Source: Methanobacterium sp. (GTDB taxonomy: Archaea > Methanobacteriota > Methanobacteria > Methanobacteriales > Methanobacteriaceae). From it: a DNA stretch of 11,857 nt. Under the pieces are notes generated by a model. That model worked only from the letters and a program-made list of their open reading frames with translations. It was not told the DNA's origin and searched no databases. The stretch's first letter is position 1. Each line of letters starts with the position of its first letter. Below, piece after piece: positions 1-6,907 of the stretch. A program made the translations under genes and the position numbers. Location of the stretch: contig PMWA01000064.1 in the NCBI GenBank assembly GCA_003166335.1, positions 322 through 12,178 on the forward strand. The letters run 5' to 3'.

Positions 1-1038
1 ATCTAAATTCGTATCCTTAAATTCACCAGCCTGAGTGTTGACCCGGGAGTAGGTTAAAAGATCCGTTATAAGTGCTTGCATGCGTTTAGCACCGTCTACA
101 GCATAATTAATGTACTCCAAAGCGTTTTCATCAAGTTTATCCTTATATTGCTTCTCCAGTAGCTGGGTGAAGCTTGAAACCATCCTTAGTGGTTCTTGCA
201 GGTCGTGTGATGCTACATAAGCGAACTGTTCCAGTTCCATGTTGGAGCGTTTTAACTCGTCCATAGTTCTTTTCAATTGTTCATCAGCTTGTTTACGTTC
301 TGTGATGTCTGTGTGTGTGCCCAACATCCTTAGGGGTTTCCCATCCTCGCCAGTTTCTACGACCTTTCCATTAGTTAGAATCCAGCGCCATTTTCCATCC
401 TTAGTTTTCAAACGAATCTCAAGAGAGTATCCTTCAGCATTATCAATATGAATTTGTAATTCTTTTTCAAAACTCTCAACATCATCAGGATGTATCAGGG
501 ATCTGAAAGATTCATAGGAAGCAGGGAACTCCCCATCATCATATCCCAATATCTTATAATAAGTGGGGCTGAAATATGCTTCACCTGTAGGAACATTCCA
601 TTCCCAAACCCCTTCATTAACCGATTCAACAGTTAAAGAATATCTTTCCTCACTTTCTTCAAAATCATCTTCAATTTTTTTACGTTTAGTGATGTCATTG
701 AAAAGAATAGCAACTTCCCGACCTTCAGGATCACCAATCTTAAATGCATAAACATCATACCACCTATTCAATGCTTTTGCTTCGTTTACAAAACGCATAG
801 GTTTGCCGGTTAAAGCTATTTTACCGTAAATTTCAAACCAATACTCCTCATGATCCGGAGCAAGATCACGCATCAGCTTACCCTCCGCTTCTATCAATCC
901 AGTTTGCCCCTCAAAAGCGGGATTAATCTCTAAAAAACGGTAATCAATAGGCTTATCATCAGCATCAAAAATCACTTCAACAGTGCAAAAACCTTCATCA
1001 ATAGAATTAAATAAAGTTAAATACTGAACTTCCCTCTT
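1..1038 (-). CDS. Sensor histidine kinase, downstream part (PAS2-PAS3-HisKA); partial, continues past the left edge; -1 frame relative to 1017..1589
   Basis: Hand translation is open from 1050 to base 1: [43 protein letters not shown]...FNDITKRK...[24 protein letters not shown]...LIHPDD...[12 protein letters not shown]...[10 protein letters not shown]...[30 protein letters not shown]. This gives two PAS/PAC units and a HisKA H-box (His codon 205..207). It is absent from the ORF track because there is no stop in the window. Confidence 0.93.
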
Positions 1039-1589
1039 TTTAAAGCTTCTTCAGCATTCACCCGTTTGGTGATGTCATTTACTGTTATCCTAAATTCTTT
1101 TTCTCCATTGTTTTGGATAAGAACCGTCTCTAGATTAGCATAAACTGGTGGTCCATCTTTTTTGATGAGTACCAGTTCACTGGATTGCCCGGTACCTGTA
1201 GATTTAACTTTTTCTAAATGTTTATAAAAAGTTCTCCGAGATTCAAAATTAATATAACGGATAAATGCACTGTTAATTAGTTCAGTTTTCTCAATGCCTA
1301 AAAGCACAGAGCCTGCGAGATTTACATCTTTAATTATCTCATTTTCATCTAATGAGAAATAACCGACAGGTGCAAACTCATAAAGATTAAAATATTTTAA
1401 CTTTGCTTCTTCTAATTCTTCCTGACTGCTTAGAAGTTGCTTGTTTTGCATTTCCAGTTCAATCTGGTGCGTTTGCAGTTCTTGAACTAATTCAGAAAAA
1501 CTATCAAATGCAGGCATCTCGGATTTATGTTCACTTAATATTTCTTTGGCCTTATCTCGAAGTTTATTACCTTTACTATCTTTTGTCAT
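1017..1589 (-). CDS. N-terminal part of the same sensor kinase (coiled coil plus first PAS domain), ending early at a frameshift
   Basis: [16 protein letters not shown] coiled coil, then [28 protein letters not shown] (PAS start) and [14 protein letters not shown] (PAC end). The frame stops a few codons later, where the -1 frame continues into the next PAS. Confidence 0.88.
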   Translation of the reverse strand: MTKDSKGNKLRDKAKEILSEHKSEMPAFDSFSELVQELQTHQIELEMQNKQLLSSQEELEEAKLKYFNLYEFAPVGYFSLDENEIIKDVNLAGSVLLGIEKTELINSAFIRYINFESRRTFYKHLEKVKSTGTGQSSELVLIKKDGPPVYANLETVLIQNNGEKEFRITVNDITKRVNAEEALKRGKFSI

Positions 1590-2066
1590 AAAAAATAAGT
1601 CCTAAGATATCTTAAAAATATTGCAATAATCTTTGTTACTTACTTGATAAAAACTTTTATTCTTTGATAATAAACATGGAAAATTTATTCATCCCTGTGA
1701 AAAATTAATATGTTCTGCATCAGGGACAAGTAAAAAAAATATTAGAAATTCTATATTAGAACAATTATAAATCGTAATTTATCCTCACAATCATCATTAA
1801 AAATAAAATTTAACTAAATAATTTAAGAAAATTGGAATAATTTTTAGCAAGATACAATTTATAAAATAATAATTTTTTAGTTTTCAGTATATTATATTTT
1901 AATTAAATTAATCTTATAATTTTCTAAAAAAATGAATCTCATTTGAATTATTAGATTCTTTCTTTGTTCTGTGTTTGGATAAGGGATGCCAATTATGCAT
2001 TATTGTAAAAAATCGTACCATCCGATGTTTAATGTGGCCACTCCTTCACTTATTATTAACAACATT

Positions 2067-2114
2067 TTTATATAGATCAAACATAGTATATACTTCGATA
2101 CTTATCGAATTGTA
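2067..2114 (+). promoter_or_regulatory. TATA box and inverted-repeat operator of the ArsR gene
   Basis: TTTATATA at 2067..2074. Perfect 7-2-7 inverted repeat TTCGATA-CT-TATCGAA at 2094..2109, lying over the expected transcription start. GGAG RBS at 2127..2130. Confidence 0.7.
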
Positions 2115-2138
2115 AAACTTTATAATGGAGAAATTCAA

Positions 2139-2435
2139 TTGGAAACTAAAAAAATGGCAAAAGTTTTCAAAGCCCTTTCCAATCCAAATCGCTTGGAATT
2201 ATATCTACAAATCGTTAAAGCACAGGAAACCAGTTACGAAACTGGCTGCGAATGTTTAATCAGTGATATTGCCAAATCATTGAAAATTGGTGCCCCTACA
2301 ATTTCTCATCACCTTAAAGAATTATCCAATGCAGAATTAATTTTTACCGAAAGGAAAGGCAAATTTGTCGTAGCAAGGGTTAATGAGGTGATGGTTAACG
2401 AAGCAAAAGAACTCTTAATGATACATCAAAAATAA
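2139..2435 (+). CDS. ArsR/SmtB family transcriptional regulator
   Basis: AKVFKALSNPNRLELY and ISDIAKSLKIGAPTISHHLKELSNAELIFTERKGK are ArsR winged-HTH signatures, with CEC before the HTH. TTG start lies 8 nt after GGAG. Confidence 0.92.
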   Translation: METKKMAKVFKALSNPNRLELYLQIVKAQETSYETGCECLISDIAKSLKIGAPTISHHLKELSNAELIFTERKGKFVVARVNEVMVNEAKELLMIHQK

Positions 2436-2450
2436 TATTTTTTTAAAAGA

Positions 2451-2472
2451 TACAATTCGAAAAGTTGTAAAA
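2451..2472 (+). promoter_or_regulatory. Second ArsR-type operator-like site upstream of the nitroreductase
   Basis: TACAATTCGA (2451..2460) is the exact reverse complement of TCGAATTGTA (2105..2114). TTGTAAAA at 2465..2472 also occurs at 2110..2117. Confidence 0.5.
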
Positions 2473-2550
2473 ATAATAAATTATCAAATTAATGAAAATC
2501 AATTCCTTTTCATGAGATTAAGGATAATATTGACTTAAAATGGTGAAAAA

Positions 2551-3309
2551 ATGGAAAATAATGAATTTTATTCTACAATATTTAAAAGGAAATCAATAAG
2601 AAATTTTGATTTAAATTCTCTTAAAGAAAATGAGCTTTCTGAAATTTCAAATTATCTTCAGGTTCTAAAACCTTTCGATAAAGACATTAAAATCGAAATA
2701 AAAATTGTAGGACCTGATAACGTAAAAAGAAGGATGATGAAAAAAGCACCTCATTATATCGCTATTTTTTCTGAGGTGAAAGAAGGATACCTAACAAACA
2801 TTGGTTTCATGTTACAGCAATTGGATCTTTTCCTTTCAAGAAATGGTATTGCAAGTTGTTGGCAAGGAATTCCAGCTCCAAAAAAAGAATTAGTTAACAG
2901 TTCTAATTTAAAATTCGTAATTTTTATGGCATTTGGAAAGCCACAGGATCCAGAGACAATGCATAGATCTAGTATTGAAGAATTTAAAAGAAAACAATTA
3001 AAGGAAATAACAGAAATTAAAGGTGTAGATGAACTACTAGAAGCCGTCAGAATCGCTCCTTCAGCCGCCAATAGACAACCATGGTTTTTCACAGGCACTG
3101 AAAAATTTATAAATGCGTATGCATCCAAATCGGGATTTGCAAGGTTTTTTGTAGGTAAATATCCTCAAATGGATGTGGGCATTGCACTTTACCATTTAAA
3201 AGTTTCAGCTGAACATTTTGGTAGTAAAACTAAGATTTTATTAGATGAAACTGCCAGAATGAATGTCCCTAATGGTACTGAGTACATTGCTAGTATGAAA
3301 CTAGAATAA
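2551..3309 (+). CDS. Nitroreductase family flavoprotein (TM1586-like, two-lobed)
   Basis: IFKRKSIRNF at the N-terminus, APSAANRQPWFF and MDVGIALYHL motifs. GGTGA RBS at 2542..2546. Confidence 0.9.
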   Translation: MENNEFYSTIFKRKSIRNFDLNSLKENELSEISNYLQVLKPFDKDIKIEIKIVGPDNVKRRMMKKAPHYIAIFSEVKEGYLTNIGFMLQQLDLFLSRNGIASCWQGIPAPKKELVNSSNLKFVIFMAFGKPQDPETMHRSSIEEFKRKQLKEITEIKGVDELLEAVRIAPSAANRQPWFFTGTEKFINAYASKSGFARFFVGKYPQMDVGIALYHLKVSAEHFGSKTKILLDETARMNVPNGTEYIASMKLE

Positions 3310-3317
3310 AAAAAAAA
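3308..3317 (-). terminator. Oligo-T (T10) archaeal-type terminator for the TetR transcript
   Basis: A10 on the + strand, about 25 nt past the TetR stop, between convergent genes. Confidence 0.45.
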
Positions 3318-3341
3318 TAAATAATTTAATTATAAACGGGA

Positions 3342-3959
3342 TTAAAGGAGTTTCATCTTATCTTCCGGGACTCCTAGTGACTTAGCAATAATAATTTCTA
3401 AAGCCTTTATTTTCCTATAATATTCATTCTTATTCTGAGATGATGTTATACTCTCAACAAGATTTTCAATTATATAATTCAAATATTCTATAGTTTCTTT
3501 GGGATATTCTATTTTAAATAAACCCTCTCTTACTCCTTGTTCAAATATTTTAGAGAATAATGGTATTACTAATTCACGAGATCTCTTCGTAAACTCTCTA
3601 TGTAATGCTGCATTGCTGTCATTTTGAAAAAAATCAATCAACGTATCTTTAGTATCATAAGAATTAATTAACAAGTTAAGGATTGCGTTTATTTTCTGAA
3701 GAGCATTTTTGTCAGGATCAGCTGCAATATTATTGATAAATTGCATACCATGATCTAAGCGATTATATATCACTGCTTTCATCAATTCATTCTTGGATGG
3801 GAAGTAATAGAATAATGATCCATGGGAAAGTCCAATTTTATCTGTAATATCACTTACGGATGTTTGATCAAATCCTTTTTCTCGGAATAATTTGTCCGCT
3901 GTTTCAATGAATTCTTTTCTTCTTAATTCAGGGTCTTTTGATATCCTTCCCATAATCAT
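3342..3959 (-). CDS. TetR/AcrR family transcriptional regulator
   Basis: RRKEFIETADKLFREKGFDQTSVSDITDKIGLSHGSLFYYFPSKNEL is a TetR HTH. Spacing from GGTG (3964..3961) favours the second ATG at 3953. Confidence 0.95.
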   Translation of the reverse strand: MIMGRISKDPELRRKEFIETADKLFREKGFDQTSVSDITDKIGLSHGSLFYYFPSKNELMKAVIYNRLDHGMQFINNIAADPDKNALQKINAILNLLINSYDTKDTLIDFFQNDSNAALHREFTKRSRELVIPLFSKIFEQGVREGLFKIEYPKETIEYLNYIIENLVESITSSQNKNEYYRKIKALEIIIAKSLGVPEDKMKLL

Positions 3960-3971
3960 CCACCGTAATAT

Positions 3972-4624
3972 TTAATTTCCTGCGATATTATTTAATAACT
4001 GTTTCCATTCATCCTTTAATTCTAAAGGTTCTCCATTATCTGGGCAAACCCATTTAAAAGAATATTACTCATTTTAAGTATTGATTCTTTAATTGATTCT
4101 TCATCAGCATTCGTAATTGCAGGTGGTTTTTTTAGTACTCCATTTGAATTTCTCACAAGATCACCGGCAAATAAAATATCTTTATAGAGAAAGGATACAT
4201 GTCCCGGGGTATGACCCGGTGTTGGTATGATTTCTATATCGTCTATGTTATGATCATTATAAGATTTTATTTTTTCAGGTGTTTTTACTCTCATGAATCT
4301 CATGAACAATGATCCTAGCTTCTTTACTCCAGGACGGCCTTTATCACCAAGAATGTATGGTATATCCTCTTTTGATGCCCAAAGTGTGGCTCCTGTTTCT
4401 TTCTGAAGCAATGCGGCGTTTCCTATACGATCCACGTCATGATGTGTTAATAGAATGTGTTTTAAATTTTCTGGTTTAATATTTAAGGATTCAATTTCCT
4501 TTAAAATATTCTTAACTTTCCCAGGTCGTCCAGTATCTATTAGAATCGTTTCTTTATCCTCAACTAAATATGCATAGCTTCCTTTTGTTGATTCTAACGC
4601 ATATACATTTTCTTCTATTTTCAA
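3972..4624 (-). pseudogene. MBL-fold metallo-hydrolase, frameshifted near the 3' end (ORF 4022..4624 plus -1 frame tail to 3972)
   Basis: Motifs LIDTG, LLTHHDVDRIG, TPGHTPGH and LFAGD. The zero frame ends NILLNGFAQIMENL. The -1 frame from 4064 reads YSFKWVCPDNGEPLELKDEWKQLLNNIAGN*, matching the position of the final PxHG motif. TTG start with GGGG RBS. Confidence 0.8.
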
Positions 4625-4654
4625 AATTTTTAACCCCTATTTTTTTCAATTTTC

Positions 4655-4697
4655 TGACTTACTATAAGTCAATTAATTATTTTATCAAGTACTTAAA
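4655..4697 (-). promoter_or_regulatory. Putative TetR operator and TATA box of the MBL-TetR operon
   Basis: Perfect 7-3-7 inverted repeat TGACTTA-CTA-TAAGTCA at 4655..4671. TTTAAGTA on the minus strand at 4697..4690, about 20 nt upstream of it. Confidence 0.68.
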
Positions 4698-4776
4698 TCT
4701 TACTTAATAACAGAATCCTATAATAAAAATATTTATTAAGTTAATAATAATATCGTAAGCTTTTTACATCTGTAAA

Positions 4777-4912
4777 CCGAAAAGGTTTTATACTATTAAT
4801 ATCAAGTAGTTGATATCAATATATTGATATTAATATAGTAATATTAGCTTAATTCAATAAAAAAGAATATAAAAAACGAGTTTTTTTATCAATATATTGA
4901 TAAAATTATCAA
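4777..4912 (+). promoter_or_regulatory. BRE/TATA promoter and array of TATCAA-N4-TTGATA operators upstream of the first PadR gene
   Basis: CCGAAAAGG-TTTTATAC at 4777..4793. ATATCAA-GTAG-TTGATAT at 4799..4816, perfect palindrome ATATCAATATATTGATAT at 4813..4830, degenerate copy at 4827..4844, and perfect 22-bp TTTTATCAATATATTGATAAAA at 4884..4905. Confidence 0.78.
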
Positions 4913-4927
4913 GGAGATGTAAGAACA

Positions 4928-5449
4928 ATGTGGAATAATGAAAATATTTGGAATCTTAAAGGATTTCATGCAATAACAGGAAAAATGCAAAGATCCGGAG
5001 ATATTAGACTATTACACCTTATAGAAAAACACGGACCACGAAACGGAGCAGAAATACTGGAAGAACTACAAAGCTATAATGACTCAAGAATGCAATACAT
5101 GAATCACATGCACCCTAGAAGTTTCAGATACTCCAAACCATCACCAAGCTATTTATATTCAACTCTGAAGAAAATGGAATGCGAAGGACTAATAAGTAAA
5201 AACAAAGAAGATAAATACGAATTAACAGAAAAAGGAAAAATATCATTAAATAAACTACATGAATTTTTCCAAACAGAAAAAAGAGAAAAAGATGATGCAT
5301 TTACAATAGAAAATGCATTAACAGAACTCGAAAGTTACATTGACTACCTCGAAGATACAGGAAAAGAAAAACTAAAAGTCCATCTAGAATCCATAGAGAA
5401 TTTAATTGCAAGACTTAAAAACATTAAAGAATCACTAGATAATAATTAA
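4928..5449 (+). CDS. PadR family transcriptional regulator (paralogue 1)
   Basis: LLHLIEKHGPRNGAEIL...PSPSYLYSTLKKMECEGLI...YELTEKG is a PadR winged HTH, followed by a helical C-terminal domain. GGAG at 4913..4916. Confidence 0.9.
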   Translation: MWNNENIWNLKGFHAITGKMQRSGDIRLLHLIEKHGPRNGAEILEELQSYNDSRMQYMNHMHPRSFRYSKPSPSYLYSTLKKMECEGLISKNKEDKYELTEKGKISLNKLHEFFQTEKREKDDAFTIENALTELESYIDYLEDTGKEKLKVHLESIENLIARLKNIKESLDNN

Positions 5450-5536
5450 ATTATACATTATTTATTTAATTTTTTTTAAAAAAGATTATAAAGATTTTAT
5501 TTGAATCTATAAAAAATTAATGGGAGGGTACTAGTC

Positions 5537-6073
5537 ACGTTTAACTGGAATAAGAAATTAAGGGATTTAAGTGACGTTTATGGTAATATAGAAGAAGTGA
5601 GTAGACTCGGACCCTTAAGAATTTGGATTCTACAAGTCCTGGATAAGGGACCTAAAAATGGTGTTGAAATCATGGATGCTATTCATGAACTACATGAACA
5701 AGTCCACCACATGAGAGGAGAAATAGTCATGCATTCACTAAATCGTGGACCTATAACTTCTCGAAGACCCTTACCAGGATCTATTTATCCTATGCTTAAA
5801 AAAATGGTTAAAGAAGAATTAATCATTAAACAAGAGGATGGAAGATATAAATTAACTGAAAATGGACAAAAAACCATCTACAATATAATCGGAACACCCC
5901 ATACTGACAGGTACAATGGTGATAATGCAATAATAAACGCGATAAAAGAAATCGATAATTACTCCTCATTTTTAGAAGATGTTAAAACTGAAAAATTACA
6001 AGCCCACGAAAAGCAAATAAATGTTCTAAGTGAGAGACTCAGAAAAATTAAAGAATCACTTTACAAGGAGTAA
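5537..6073 (+). CDS. PadR family transcriptional regulator (paralogue 2); probable start is ACG at 5537, first canonical start is GTG at 5597
   Basis: LRIWILQVLDKGPKNGVEIM...PLPGSIYPMLKKMVKEELI...YKLTENG. The frame is open back to 5513. GGGAGG (5522..5527) lies 9 nt before ACG-TTT-AAC-TGG. The family call is firm and the start is less certain. Confidence 0.85.
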   Translation, partial: TFNWNKKLRDLSDVYGNIEEVSRLGPLRIWILQVLDKGPKNGVEIMDAIHELHEQVHHMRGEIVMHSLNRGPITSRRPLPGSIYPMLKKMVKEELIIKQEDGRYKLTENGQKTIYNIIGTPHTDRYNGDNAIINAIKEIDNYSSFLEDVKTEKLQAHEKQINVLSERLRKIKESLYKE

Positions 6074-6082
6074 ATTAAAGAT

Positions 6083-6306
6083 TTAATTTGACTTGCGATG
6101 TTTATGCTGCACCTGTCCATCGTTTGTTATGTCAAGTTTGACAGTCAACAGGTTTGGAGAGTTACCAAGAACTTTTTCCATTCCTTCTAGTTTACGTGCC
6201 GTAGCGACGACCTTGTATCCTCTATCTAACGCTTCTTTAGCAATTGCTGCACCTAACCCCCTATTTGCTCCTGTAATAAACCACAATTGATCATTTTTTA
6301 TGACAT
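6083..6306 (-). pseudogene. Truncated short-chain dehydrogenase/reductase (N-terminal Rossmann fragment only)
   Basis: WFITGANRGLGAAIAKEALDRGYKVVATARK...KLDITN, then a stop before the NNAG and YxxxK motifs. The RBS-associated ATG (6306..6304) reads ATG TCA TAA and is out of frame with the SDR codons. Confidence 0.85.
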
Positions 6307-6320
6307 ATTTCCTTCTCCAT

Positions 6321-6860
6321 TTATACTGTTTTACCCATTTCATAGGCTTCTATCATTGCACTGCTACCTTTAATGTCACCAATATTCCATGCACCAGTTC
6401 CATATATTATACCTTTTTCTTTTGGCCCGTTAAGAACAGAAGTAAATCCTCTGAATCCCTCGATAGTCCTTTCCAGAGCCTGTTTTCTTGTGACTGCAGC
6501 AGTAACAATGAAATAAAAATCCTTATTGCTTATTTCAGTATACCTTGAATAAGTCCTATCAATTAGCGTTTTCATCTGTGCGTTCATTGTATAAAAATAA
6601 ACAGGCGTTGCCATTACAATCACATCAGCTGCAATCATCTTATCCAGGACTTCAGCCATTTCATCATCCTGATCGCATACGCCCCCATTATTTTTACAGA
6701 TATCGCAGGCTATACAATAATTGATGTTTTTATCTCTTAAGAAAATTTTCTCTGTTTGATTACCGGCTTCTTTTGCTCCAAGCATAAACTGGTCACATAA
6801 CAGTTCGGAATTTCCACCTTTCCTTGGGCTGGCGGACAGCACCAATACTTTTTTACTAAT
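6321..6860 (-). CDS. Flavodoxin-fold iron-sulfur flavoprotein (Isf / NADPH-dependent FMN reductase-like); probable start is ATT at 6860, first canonical start is TTG at 6845
   Basis: SASPRKGGNS phosphate-binding loop, CIACDICKNNGGVC (CX2CX2CX6C Isf-type cluster motif), ATPVYFY and KTLIDR. In-frame ATT-AGT-AAA-AAA-GTA-TTG follows GGGGATG (6872..6866). Confidence 0.9.
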   Translation of the reverse strand: MSKKVLVLSASPRKGGNSELLCDQFMLGAKEAGNQTEKIFLRDKNINYCIACDICKNNGGVCDQDDEMAEVLDKMIAADVIVMATPVYFYTMNAQMKTLIDRTYSRYTEISNKDFYFIVTAAVTRKQALERTIEGFRGFTSVLNGPKEKGIIYGTGAWNIGDIKGSSAMIEAYEMGKTV

Positions 6861-6907
6861 TTAAATCATCCCCACATATTTTTGAGTTATTTTTGTACCA
6901 TTATTTT

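Noticed and set aside
239..751. Plus-strand ORFs 239..451 and 563..751
   Set aside because: Antisense shadows of the kinase frame, with no recognisable motifs.
683..1079. Near-identical 17-mer CGTTT(A/G)GTGATGTCATT at 683 and 1063, and a (TG)n run at ~310
   Set aside because: Explained by the protein: repeated NDITKR PAC-end motifs and Thr-His-Thr codons. Not a DNA element.
1403..1591. 62-aa plus-strand ORF
   Set aside because: Antisense to the PAS/coiled-coil ORF.
1692..1726. TCCCTG...CAGGGA inverted repeat upstream of the kinase
   Set aside because: Only 6-bp arms with a 23-nt spacer and no second copy. Could be chance.
1970..2050. Slightly GC-richer patch upstream of ArsR, considered as a riboswitch or small RNA
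   Set aside because: No convincing stem set and no match to riboswitch consensus sequences I know, such as the fluoride riboswitch.
2754..3128. 124-aa minus-strand ORF
   Set aside because: Antisense shadow of the nitroreductase.
4799..4905. Palindromic repeats considered as a mini-CRISPR array or MITE
   Set aside because: Units overlap, there are no unique spacers, cas genes or target duplication, and the position after a TATA box fits operators.
6093..6548. Plus-strand ORFs 6093..6290 and 6300..6548, and the 6343 start given for the SDR ORF
   Set aside because: The ORFs are shadows of the SDR fragment and the flavoprotein. The 6343 ATG lies inside the flavoprotein gene and adds non-SDR residues.
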